NCBI GenBank assembly: GCA_951406725.2
Contig: OX597816.1
Coordinates: 176,142,001 to 176,206,000, forward strand
DNA: 64,000 bases
Reading direction: 5' to 3'
Source of the DNA: Octopus vulgaris
Taxonomy: Eukaryota
The translations under genes and the position numbers were made by a program. Every line of letters starts with the position of its first letter. Position 1 is the stretch's first letter. Positions 52,877 to 64,000 of the stretch are shown piece after piece. Below the pieces are notes generated by a model. The model worked only from the letters and a program-made list of their open reading frames with translations. It was not told where the DNA came from and did no database searches.

Positions 52877-55583
52877 ATTGTTGTTGGCATCCTTTTTGTC
52901 TCGGGAGACTTTGGAGTTGCGCATAAAATAATCTAGTCCAGCTTTTACATTTCATGTCCTAATAAATCTCCTGCTGTGGCTGTGTAATCCTATCCTGGAC
53001 AAACACTCCCTCTGGCAGGTGCCGCAAATGTAGCGAAGACTTTGCCTGGCTGGTTGTAATGCCATAGTTTCTTGTCTTTCCATTTCTCCTCTCTCTCTAT
53101 GTCATCCTTTGTGTTCCCTCTTTTACGGTACGTCGCCAATCTCCACGGTTGCTGGCAACTGCTTCCCACTTGCTAATATTGATGTTGGAGGCCTTCATGT
53201 CCCTTTTGCAAACATCCTTGCAACGTAAGAACGGTCTTCCCACAGACCTAGTGCTCCTAGCAAGCTTTCCGTTGAGTATTCTTGGGGATTCTGCCACCTT
53301 CCATACGGCTAACATGTCCAAGCCATCTCATATGTCTTTGTGTGAGGAGTGCAAACATGCTTGGTATTCCTGCTTGCTTGAGGACATCTTTGTTGGGGAC
53401 ATGATTCTGCCATTTGATACGAGCGAAGGATTTTCCAGAGGGAGCGCAGGTGAAAGATATTTAGGCGACGCTCTTGGCGTGTGTATAGCGTCCAAGTCTC
53501 ACTTCCATACAGTAGAGTGCTAAGTGCACATGCCTAGTAAATCTTCATTTTTGTGGTCTTGGTCAGTTTATTGTTGTCCCATGCCCGTTTGGAGAGTTGG
53601 GCCATCGCAGCAGCTGCCTTGCCAATGTGTATATTGAGCTCAGCGTCAAGGGATAGGTTGTAGGTGACGGCAGAGCCAAGATAGGTAAACTTCTCCACCT
53701 CCTGTAGTCTGTGGTCTCCAATATGTATGTTTGGGATGTCCGATGTAGCCTGACCCATGATGTTGATATTCTTGAAGCTGATAACTAAGCCAAAGTTGCC
53801 ACATGCTTGCTCAAAACAGTTGAAGAACCTTTGTAGGGCTTCTTCTGTGTGTGATACCAGAGCGGCATCATCAGCAAATAGCTTCTCCTTGATCAGGACG
53901 CTTCTGATTTTGGTCTTGGCATGCAGACACGAGAGATTGAACAGTTTCCCATCACTGCTACTGTGCAGAAACACTCCATCATCTGCTGTCTCAAAGGCAT
54001 GTGACAGCAGCAGCGAGAAGACGATGCCAAATAATGTAGGAGCAAGGACACAACCTTGCTTTACCCCATTTTTTATTTGGAAGGCGGCTGATGTTGAACC
54101 ATTGTGCTGTATGGTGCCTTGCATATCATCATGGAAAGATTTGATGATCCTCAGCAGCTTTGGTGGACATCCGATTTTTTAGAGCAGGATGAAGAGGCCT
54201 TTTCTACTTACCAAGTCAAAGGCCTTTGTCAGATCAATGAAGGCCATATATAATGGCATTTTCTGCTCTCTGGACTTCTCCTGAAGTTGGCGTATGGAGA
54301 ATATCATGTCAATAGTTGATTTGCTTCTTCTAAAGCCACACTGCGATTCTGGATAAATTCGAGAAGCAAGCAGTTGTAACCTGGACAGGATAACGCGAGC
54401 AGAGATCTTTCCAACAGTGCTTAGAAGAGATATTCCACGGTAATTGTTACAATCACCATGGTCACCTTTGTTTTTGTAAAGCGTAATGATGTTTGCATCA
54501 AGCATATCCTGAGGGACTGTACCCTCTTCCCAGCACTGACACAGAAGCTCATGAAGGTGCCGAAGCAGGATGGTGTTTTTGCCGGTTTTGATGATCTCTA
54601 AGGGGATGCCCGTCTTTTCCCAGAGCCTTGTTACTTGCTAGGGGGTCAATAACCTTGGTGAGCTCTGCTTTAGATGGCAGACTGTCAAGTTTGCACATGA
54701 CTGGCAAGATCTTGACACCCTCGATTGCAGCCTCAGCTACCGTGGTCTCCCGTGAGTAGAGATCCTGGTAGTACTCCACCCATCTATCCATTTGCTTGCT
54801 TTGGTCCTTGATGAGATCTCCAGTAATTGATTCCAGAGGAGCTGACTTGATTGCGGATGGACCGAGGGCCTTCTTCAAACCGGCATACATCCCTCATGTG
54901 TCGCCACTGTCAGCAGCTGACTGGATACTCTGACAGATTTCCTGCCAATACCTATTTGCACAGCGTCTGGCAGTCAGTTGGGTTTTATTTCTTGCCTTTC
55001 TGAGTTCTTCGAGTGACTTTGTAGAAGAATCACTCTTGTATTGCATCAGAGCTGCACGCTTTGCTTTGATAACTGTTTCTAGCTCTGAGAGCCCAGCACT
55101 GAACCAATCTGGGTTTTGCCTTTCTCTCATGCCGAAAGTATTGATGTGGTATAGAAAGCTTCCCTGATATAATTCCACCTACTTTCAGCAGAGGAGGTTG
55201 AGCAGCTACTGAAGGCAACCTTGATAGAAAATGCAAAACATTGTCGCAGTGTAGGGTCCGAGGTTCTGGCAGTGTTAATACGTGGTCAGCCCATTTTCTG
55301 AGAGTGATGGACTTTTTTAGGCAGAATCCTCACCCTGCTTCTTATTAGTGAATGATCTGTGTCAATCCGCGCTGTGGTAACTATGGGTCAGTTGAACAGA
55401 ATTCAGAAAGGATCTTCGTGTAATGATGAGATCCAGCTGATGGCAGTGGTGAGATCTTGGATGTCTCCAAGATGCCTTGTGGTATGTCTTGTTGGTAAAG
55501 AATGTGTTGGTGATGCACAAGTTATGGTATGTGCAAAATTCAAGTAGTCTCTGACCATTGTCATTCATGTTGCCAATACCAAA
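52877..55583 (-). mobile_element. RTE-clade (BovB-like) LINE, 5'-truncated
   Basis: NGQRLLEFC, SWRHPRS, DCNNYRGISLLS, PESQCGFR, FIDLTKAFD, NGVKQGCVLAPTLF, LFADD, FTYLGS. Confidence 0.93.
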
Positions 55584-55649
55584 ACACATACACTTACATA
55601 TATACATGCATATATATACGATTGATTTGTTTCAGTTCTTGTCTATAAA

Positions 55650-55686
<37 letters not shown>

Positions 55687-55774
55687 GATAAATTGATAGA
55701 TACAACTGAGTGAGCAATCCACTGACAAGGCATTGATTGAGCAGGGCCATGTATATATATATATATATATACTC

Positions 55775-56038
55775 TTTTTCTTGTGATTTGCCTGCCTTCC
55801 TACATATTAGGACTTTGGTTTTAGCTAGGTTGATTTTAAGGCCCTTTGATTCTAATCCTTGTCTCCACACTTGAAACTTTGCCTCTAGTTCTGATAGTGA
55901 CTCAGTAATTAGAGCAAGGTCATCAGCATATAGGAGCTCCCAGGGGCATCCTGTCTTGAATTCCTCCGTTATTGCCTGGAGGACTATGATAAATAGGAGG
56001 GGGCTGAGGACTGAACCTTGGTGGACCCCTACCTCTAC
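55775..56038 (-). mobile_element. RTE-like RT fragment
   Basis: VGVHQGSVLSPLLF...WELLYADDL...GLKINLAKTK. Confidence 0.85.
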
Positions 56039-56081
56039 AATACACATATACATACACATAAATATACATACAAGTGTCTGA

Positions 56082-56590
56082 TCTCTCTCTATATAAATGG
56101 CAGTTTGTCTGTCTGTGTGTCTGTCAGGTTGTACCCTCATCCTGACCACGGCTTTCAACTGATTCTGATGAAACTTGACTCACACATAGCCCAATGTCAT
56201 AATTCAAAACTAACGCAGCGAAAATTTTGAATAGTTCCCCCAGTTCTGAAAAAAATTGATAAATTCGACATGGGGTCGAGAATCTAAGCTTTTTATTTGC
56301 AACACATTTTCTGTTGTAGTTTTCAAAACTTGCAATCGATTTTCACCATGGTGAAGCTTAATGTTACCCTAAGAAACTTAATTCTGACGTTAGTTTTCCA
56401 TGCAATACCTTACCATCAGAAAAAATCGATAAAATCATGCCATTTTGGAAAATCGCGTTCAAATTCAAGATGACATATTTTCGACAATATCTTTCACAAA
56501 TTGACAGGAATTTTTTAAAAATTCACAGCGAGCATCATGTCTGCTCCAGGGGCTCTTACATACCCGGGCAATGCCGGGCTATGCTGCTAG
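56082..56590 (+). mobile_element. Non-autonomous Helitron
   Basis: 5' TC, 3' hairpin cccgggcaatgccggg + CTAG. The 5' part is shared with 5013-5397. Confidence 0.85.
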
Positions 56591-56949
56591 CTAGGAATAT
56601 GCATGTGTCGGACTGTATGTACACAAAACTCTTTGACTGAGTATGTTTTCCCTCTAACTTTTCTTCTTCTTCGACTTTCTTTTTCATCAAAGCAGTTATG
56701 AAAGCGTAAACTGATCCGGGTCGTTTTATCTAAACAGGAAAGCAAGATTTCCACATTCACATTTTGAATTTTTGTGTTTCTGCAGTCTTGTCTGCATTTT
56801 ATTCATTCCCTAACTAGACAGGCATATAACAACATTGCAGCCAACACTCAAGATCTTTAATGAGACACAACTTTATCTACTGATGTACCTGATGAGACCC
56901 AAACTGCAAAATATATCCAACACATGTCGAACAGAGTCCCACACATAAA

Positions 56950-57327
56950 GTACAATGGCCCAGTGGTTAGGGCAGCAGACTCGCGGTCGTAGGATCGCGG
57001 TTTCGATTCCCAGACCGGGTGTTGTGAGTGTTTATTGAGCGAAAACACCTAAAGCTCCACGAGGCTCCGGCAGGGGATGGTGGTGATCCCTGCTGTACTC
57101 TTTCACCACAACTTTCTCTCACTCTTACTTCCTGTTTCTGTTGTACCTGTATATCAAGGGGCCAGCCTTGTCACTCTCTGTGTCACGCTGAATATCCCCG
57201 AGAACTACGTTAAGGGTACACGTGTCTGTGGAGTGCTCAGCCACTTACACGTTAATTTCACGAGCAGGCTGTTCCGTGGATCGGATCAACCGGAACCCTC
57301 ATCGTCGTAACCGACGGAGTGCTTCCA
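56950..57327 (+). mobile_element. tRNA-derived SINE family C
   Basis: A box TGGCCCAGTGG and B box GTTTCGATTCC. Near-identical to 62232-62614. Confidence 0.88.
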
Positions 57328-57513
57328 AAAGAATGGTGTAAACACCTATCATAATCTGGTCAAGCTGAGTGATGTGTACAATGCAATGGCTGTAGCAGAG
57401 TTTGATCTTAATGATCAGAGGCCTAATGTCTTAACTTTAATTACTGTTTGAATTAGCTCACTCTACATTTTCTGTTGTGTATTGAAGATTCTCTTTTTAT
57501 TTTTTATTTTCAG

Positions 57514-57608
57514 GTTGGGGAGATTTTCACTGCTGCTGGGGCGGCATTCAGTAGGTTAGGAGAGCTGACCATGTCTCTCCATCCAACAGCTGAACCAAAC
57601 CCTGCCAG
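57514..57608 (+). CDS. BAP18: BAP18 (C17orf49) homologue, coding exon 2
   Basis: ttttcag|VGEIFTAAGAAFSRLGELTMSLHPTAEPNPA|gt, close to human VGEIFSAAGAAFTKLGELTMQLHP. Later exons were not found in this window. Confidence 0.9.
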
Positions 57609-57884
57609 GTCTGTTATTGTAATTATTATTGTCTTAATTACCGTGATCATCATCATTGCTATTGTTATCATCATCGTCTGATCTATTCCTTATCCACCAC
57701 CTGGTAACATTCATCAAGCTATTATGTCATCATTTTGTTATATAATTTTCCAAATGAATTCTTTTTATACTTCAAATCAATAGTGTTTGTCTATATTCAT
57801 GCCATTGAGCTCTTCTATTTCTCTTCAACCTATCATTTATTCAATTTAGCATGACTTTCTTTTACTGACAGAAGTATTCTAAGA

Positions 57885-58101
57885 TACCTATTTCTTTATT
57901 ACCCACAAGGGGCTAAACACAGAGGGGACAAACAAGGACAGACATAGGTATTAAGTCGATTACATCGACCCCAGTGCTTAACTGGTACTTAATTTATCGA
58001 CCCCGAAAGGATGAAAGGTAAAGTCGACCTCGGCGGAATTTGAAATCACAACGTAACGCAGACGAAATACCGCTAAGCATTTCGCCCGGCCTGCTAACGT
58101 T
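57885..58101 (-). mobile_element. SINE family B
   Basis: Family match. Confidence 0.85.
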
Positions 58102-58244
58102 CTTGGGTTGGTAGCCAAAGTTGACAAAGAATGAACTTAGTGACATGGCACCACAACATACTCATAACTTGCTAGGTAAATGATACTCTTCCTCTGATGC
58201 AATTAAAAGTATCTACGGAGAGCTGAATGTTAGTTTTAGCATCA

Positions 58245-59072
58245 TCTATATATATAAAACTGTAGTTGTGTGAGTGTCTGTCCCCTTCGATTTAGATTCC
58301 TAACTACTCCCACATTTTGCGGTGCAGTTTAACCAAACTCGGGTATCTTATAGTCGTGATTCATATCGAGCACGTCTGGGTATTAGCGCGCGTCTATGAT
58401 GAGTCTACGATTTTAAAAATAATTTAACATCATTTCTTATTCCATTTTAATGCATAATTTTTCATGTGTCGATGGCGGCGGAGTTGGCGTCCATGGTCAC
58501 ACCTGCACCTGTTTGCTTCTCCCCCTTCTTCCCTCCCTCGTGAAGCTGTGGGGAAGGGAGTGTAAGGAAATCAACGTCGTAATGCGTTGTCAAGGAGACC
58601 AGCGTTCTTTTAGAACGACTTCATGGCTTGAAGACACCAAGACAGAAAATGTCTACCATAATTTTTTCCATTTTAATGCATTTTTTCGCTATTATATAAG
58701 GGAAGTAACTCTCTAAAAATGTCTACGATGAGTCAACGATTTAAAAAAAAATTTATCATAATTTTTTCCATTTTAATGCATTTTTTCGCTATTATATAAG
58801 GGAAGTAACTCTCTAAAAATGTCTACGATGAGTCAACGATTTAAAAAAAATTTACCATCATTTTTTCCATTTTAATGCATTTTTTCGCTATTATATAAGG
58901 GAAGTAACTCTCTAAAAATGTCTACGATGAGTCAACGATTTAAAAAAAAATTTACCATAATTTTTTTTCCATTTTTAATGCATTTTTTTGCTATTTTTTG
59001 GCTATAACTCTCAAAAATACTTATATAGTTATTTCCCTTACAAACCCGAGCAACGCCGGGCGATACTGCTAG
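58245..59072 (+). mobile_element. Non-autonomous Helitron with internal ~80-bp tandem repeats
   Basis: A|TCTATATATATAAAA ... cccgagcaacgccggg...CTAG|T. Tandem unit repeated about 3-4 times at 58650-59000. Confidence 0.88.
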
Positions 59073-59257
59073 TTTTATATAAAAGTATTTATGTTAAGTT
59101 AGTCTACTTTTACTTTGAAGGTTACTGCTAGTAACTACTTTTATGATGAATGATAACATTATTTCTGCTCTTCAAAGCTGATTTTAACAAATCTTATCTT
59201 TATTTTATTGAATTGGTGTGGAAGAGACTTAACCCTTTTAACATTTTTATATTTTAA

Positions 59258-60092
59258 CTAGCAGTATCGCCCGGCGTTGCTCGGGTTTGTAAGGGAAATA
59301 ACTATATAAGCATTTTTAGAGAGTTATAGCCCAAAAATAGCAAAAAAATGCATTAAAAATGGAATAAAAAATGATGGTAATTTTTTTTTAAATCGTTGAC
59401 TCATCGTAGACATTTTTAGAGAGTTACTTCCCTTATATAATAGCGAAAAAATGCATTAAAATGGAAAAAATGATGGTAAATTTTTTTAAATCGTAGACTC
59501 ATCGTAGACGCGTGCTAATACCCAGAAGGGCTCGATATGAATCACGACTATAAGATACCCGGTTTTGGTTAAACTGCACCGCAAAATGTGGGAGTAGTTA
59601 GGAATCTAAATCGTAGGAGACAGACACACAACTTCAATTTTATATATAAAGATTTGTGCAACAACTAAAACATTCAGTTGTGCAAATTATTTGCACGGGA
59701 AACCTTTCCTGTGTGGCGTGTTTCCCGATTTTGTAGAATTTGCTTTCGGGCTTTCTTAGCCATTTCTGTTTTGGTGTCTTCAAGCCATGAGGTCGTTGTT
59801 CTAAAAGAACGCTGGTCTCCTTGACAACGCTTTACGACGTTGATTTCCTTACACTCCCTTCCCCACAGCTTCACGAGGGAGGGAAAAAAATATGCGTTAA
59901 AATGGAAAAAAATTATGGTAAATTATTTTTTAAATTGTAGACTCAGCGTAGACGCGCGCTAATACCCAGACGGGCTCGATATGAATCACGACTATAAGAT
60001 ACCCGAATTTGGTTAAACTGCACCGCAAAATGTGGGAGTAGTTAGGAATCTAAATTGAAGGGGACAGACACTCCCACAACTTCACTTTTATA
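59258..60092 (-). mobile_element. Non-autonomous Helitron(s), same family, inverted
   Basis: CTAG + hairpin at 59258, one 5' end near 59652 and a second partial copy at 59760-60092. Confidence 0.82.
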
Positions 60093-60502
60093 TTACTCTT
60101 TTACTCTTTTATTTGTTTCAGTCATTTGACTGCGGCCATGCTGGGGCACCGCCTTTAATCGAGCAACTCGACCCCGGGACTTATTCTTTTGTAACCCCAG
60201 TACTTATTCTATCGGTCTCTTTTGCCGAACCGCTAAGTAACGGGGACATAAACACACCAGCATCGGTTGTCAAGCAATGCTAGGGGGACAAACACAGACA
60301 CACAAACACACACACGCATATATATATATACATATATACAACGGGCTTCTTTCAGTTTCCGTCTACCAAATCCACTCACAAGGCTTTGGTCGGCCCGAGA
60401 CTATAGTAGAAGACACTTGCCCAAGGTGCCACGCAGTGGGACTGAACCCGGAACCATGTGGTTGGTAAACAAGCTACTTACCACACAGCCACTCCTGCGC
60501 CT
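60093..60502 (-). mobile_element. SINE family A, full length
   Basis: Family match. Confidence 0.9.
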
Positions 60503-60879
60503 ATATATATAGATATTTTACCTATTTTATGTTCAGAAGGACAAGTTATATTTCTCACACCTACCCTACAATGTTATTCTACAAATAAATACATCATGAA
60601 AATCTCAAAGCTCTGAGATAATGCATGATTAATTAAAAACAATGTGAATGAGAAAGCATTGCTTTTGACAGAATAATCTGAATGTTAGAGTGTTAATCAT
60701 AGTGACTTTTACTTGAATCATTAAATAATCAGCATTCATTCTTTGTCATTAAACAGCATTGGATTGGTATTTGTCTTACATCTTGTAATTGTGATCCTTT
60801 AAATTTGCATTAAAAAGTTATAAATATTTCAGTAGGGACGTTATTCTAGAATACTAATAAAATATTAGCACAGCTTTAA

Positions 60880-61100
60880 CCCTTTAGTGTTCACATTATT
60901 CTACCAAAATTAATGCTTTTTCATTCACATTGTTTTGAACTAATCATGCATTATCTTGTAGCTATGAGATTTTGATGAGGTAGCTGTTAATTTTTAAAAC
61001 GATATTGTAGGGTTGGTGTGAGAGACCAGATCTGGCCATTTTGAACATAAAACAGGCAGAATACTTTTGGCCAGATATGGCCGGTTTAAATGCTAAAGGG
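60880..61100. mobile_element. piggyBac-like MITE
   Basis: TTAA|ccctttag...ctaaaggg|TTAA. Confidence 0.82.
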
Positions 61101-62231
61101 TTAATTTGTCCTCATACATCAGTGAAATCATTAATTTTGTTGCTTGTGATAAATGTACTCTTTCCTGTTTCCAGATAGTTGATAAAATAAAACAGCAGTT
61201 AAGTAGTTATATCCCTATAATGCATTGGAGAGGTAAAGGGAATTATGGTAGAAAACTTTTATTACAAGTTTCACAAACAAGACACAAGTTGGCTATATGG
61301 TAACTAGTTTGCTTCCCAACCACATAGTTCTGTTTGTCCCACTGCAGGCCACTCTTGGGCTGGCCAGAGCCTTGTAAGTGGATTCGGTAAATGAAAACTG
61401 AAACCTATTATGTGTGTGTGTGTGTGTGTGCATGTGTCCGTGTTTATGTCCCTATAACTTACCAAAAGAATAAGTATCAGGCTAAAAAAAAAATTATAAT
61501 TCTGGTGTTGATTCATTTGACTAAAAATTCAAGGTGGTACCCCAGCATGGCCCTGTCTAATGACTGAAACAACTGAAAAAAAGTATTTAGATAACAATTA
61601 CATTAATAAATAATAGATTTCAGGATAATACTATTACCTATTTCATAATGATGGATGGGTAGTGATTTAGTTAACCTAAATAAGATATGAACTTAGAGCC
61701 CCCAGTCATCAAACTAGATACAAATTATGTAATTCAACTTGTTTACTAGTGAATCATTTACTTGTTGAGTTAAGTTATTGGTCTCGTCATCAAAGAGTTG
61801 TTATCTCATTTTGTTAGTGTCTCTCGTAAATTCTCAACTCCTAATTATTCACTGCTTCTAACTATAAATATACCATGGTGAGGTATATGCTATCTAATTG
61901 TAAATGTATACTTTAGGGTGATACAGTTTAGGTCATAAGCAGAAGAATTGGGTGGGCCACTGCATATTTGATATGTAATTTGTTAGCTTGCTCAAATTTT
62001 CATAAGAGTGTTGAAAAAATAACAAGTGTTCCTGTGTCATTTCTCAAAATCACTCTATGAAGACAGTTTGCAATGGTGTCTCCATGAAACTGGTAGTTTG
62101 CAGAATATTATGTACTTGCATTATGTTAACTACCCAATGAGGAATGAGATCCAGTATGCAGGGTTTCTTTTTGTTCCAGTTCGTGGTAGTCCAATATTTT
62201 GCCCATATACTACACAATTATTACTGGTATT

Positions 62232-62614
62232 GGAGGCGCAATGGCCCAGTGGTTTGGGCAGCGGACTCGCGGTCATAGGATCGCGGTTTCGATTCCCAGA
62301 CCGGGCGTTGTGAGTGTTTATTGAGCGAAAACACCTAAAAGCTCCACGACGCTCCGGCAGGGGATGGTGGTGATCCCTGCTGTACTCTTTCACCACAACT
62401 TTCTCTCACTCTTACTTCCTGTTTCTGTTGTACCTGTATTTCAAGGGGCCAGCCTTGTCACTCTCTGTGTCACGCTGAATATCCCCGAGAACTACGTTAA
62501 GGGTACACGTGTCTGTGGAGTGCTCAGCCACTTACACGTTAATTTCACGAGCAGGCTGTTCCGTTGATCGGATCAACCGGAACCCTCATCGTCGTAACCG
62601 ACGGAGTGCTTCCA
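62232..62614 (+). mobile_element. tRNA-derived SINE family C
   Basis: Near-identical to 56950-57327. TSD-like attactg.tat. Confidence 0.88.
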
Positions 62615-63081
62615 CCATTACTGCTATAAATTTCTCACTCTGCAGAAAGAGGGATGCTGGAAATAATTTTAATTTCATATTTTTGTGTGATAAAGAAAAT
62701 ATAATTTGTAAACAAGATAACTTTTTCTATTAGCCTCAACTTCAGAGATAAAATATTTTGTAATATTTATGTCTAATATTTTTCAGTTTGTTTAATTTCT
62801 GATCATCATTGGGTATCTTATTCCTGGATAGTACCAGACCGGGTTTCGTTGTAACTGTATTATTTTGATAGTAATGTTGGCTTAGTGCTTATGATAATCT
62901 ACTGATTCAGAGATAAGGAATTCAAACCTCATTTTATTCTTAGCTTTTCAAATATTCGTTGAAGACATGACTGGTTTTGAAACTACTATTGCACTGTGAC
63001 TGTAACATAAGCTGTTAATTTTCAGGCTGTCATGTATGTATGTTGCACTATATCAGGTCAAGTTGAAGCTACCTCTCAAGT

Positions 63082-63460
63082 CCATCATCATCGTTTAGCG
63101 TCCGCTTTCCATGCTAGCATGGGTTGGACGGTTCTACTGGGGTCTGTGAAGCCAGAAGGCTTCATCAGGCCCAGTCAAATCTGGCAGTGTTTCTACGGCT
63201 GGATGCCCTTCCTAACGCCAACCACTCCGAGAGTGTAGTGGGTGCTTTTTACGTGCCACCCGCACAGGTGCCAGACAGAGCTGGCAAACGGCCACGAACG
63301 GATGGTGCCTTTTATGTGCCACCAGCACGAGGGCCAGGCGAGGCTGGCAACGGACACGAAACGGGGCGGTGCTGGCAACGGTCGCGAAACGGAAGGTTCT
63401 CTTACATGCTACCGGCACTGGTAACACATCTGCAATTTCCATTGATCGATTTCGATTGGA
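63082..63460 (-). mobile_element. Family D retroposon 3' region
   Basis: Longest copy of the (ATG)n-tailed repeat, with internal direct repeats. Confidence 0.75.
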
Positions 63461-64000
63461 AAAGCAAGGCTCTTAACCATGCTTGAAGATTCGAAAGACA
63501 GGCAGAAAATGGAAAATATGGAAAATCAAGGAGGTGGGGGATGCAGCCTTACAATCAGAGAAATAATGGGATATATTGAAGCCAATAGGCAAGGACTGTG
63601 CATAACAGAACTGCAATGGTGGTTAGAGGCCAGGAGAAAATTGAGGAGGGATCTGATTCTGCAGAAGATGAAAAGGGAAGAGAATGCCATGTAGAGTAGA
63701 ACGAAGAGGGCCAATGGAGGATGTAGAAAGGTGCACTCCAGAATTGTCTTAGCTGGAAACACTTGTGACATAATGACACCTCTTGGAATAAGTTTTTATC
63801 TTCAGATTTGTCTTTGATCTCCTTTCAAACATGAACCTAGTGAAGTAGGACAAATCAGATAATCCTGTGTGCCCACTCTTTTGAAGTAGATAGACAAGGG
63901 AACATGTTCTAAGCTCCTGGAAGAGTAGAACTAGCCCAAGGAAGATACACAAGGAGGCACTGTCCACATAATTAGTATGGTAAGAGTAGAACCAGAATCT

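Noticed and set aside
56950-57020. tRNA genes at SINE heads
   Set aside because: A/B boxes are present, but there is no complete acceptor stem and they continue into SINE bodies.
58650-59000. Regular repeats resembling a CRISPR array
   Set aside because: Tandem ~80-bp units without unique spacers, inside a eukaryotic Helitron.

Overview
AT-rich, repeat-dominated eukaryotic genomic DNA. The SINE families, (TA)n/(CA)n microsatellites and gene content suggest a mollusc, most likely an octopus; this is inference from repeat style. Two host genes are supported: a class A GPCR with a single coding exon (22257-23279, +) and the first two coding exons of a BAP18/C17orf49 homologue (47240-47257 and 57514-57608, +). 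The rest is mostly decayed transposons: Penelope-like elements (PLEs), RTE-clade LINEs, Gypsy LTR elements, Tc1/mariner, Helitrons (one with a PIF1-like helicase), MITEs and at least three tRNA-derived SINE families. The most striking unannotated structure is about 11 recognisable minimal type I hammerhead ribozyme motifs from several unrelated sequence families. Most lie in short ORF-less PLE terminal pieces inserted into (TA)n tracts, often as fold-back palindromes. One sits in a 535-bp partially tandem unit that resembles a retrozyme. Also notable: a U6 snRNA-SINE fusion present twice, a foldback element with telomere-like repeats, and a Helitron-like element carrying an internally inverted mariner fragment. 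All calls were made by eye; repeat boundaries are approximate.
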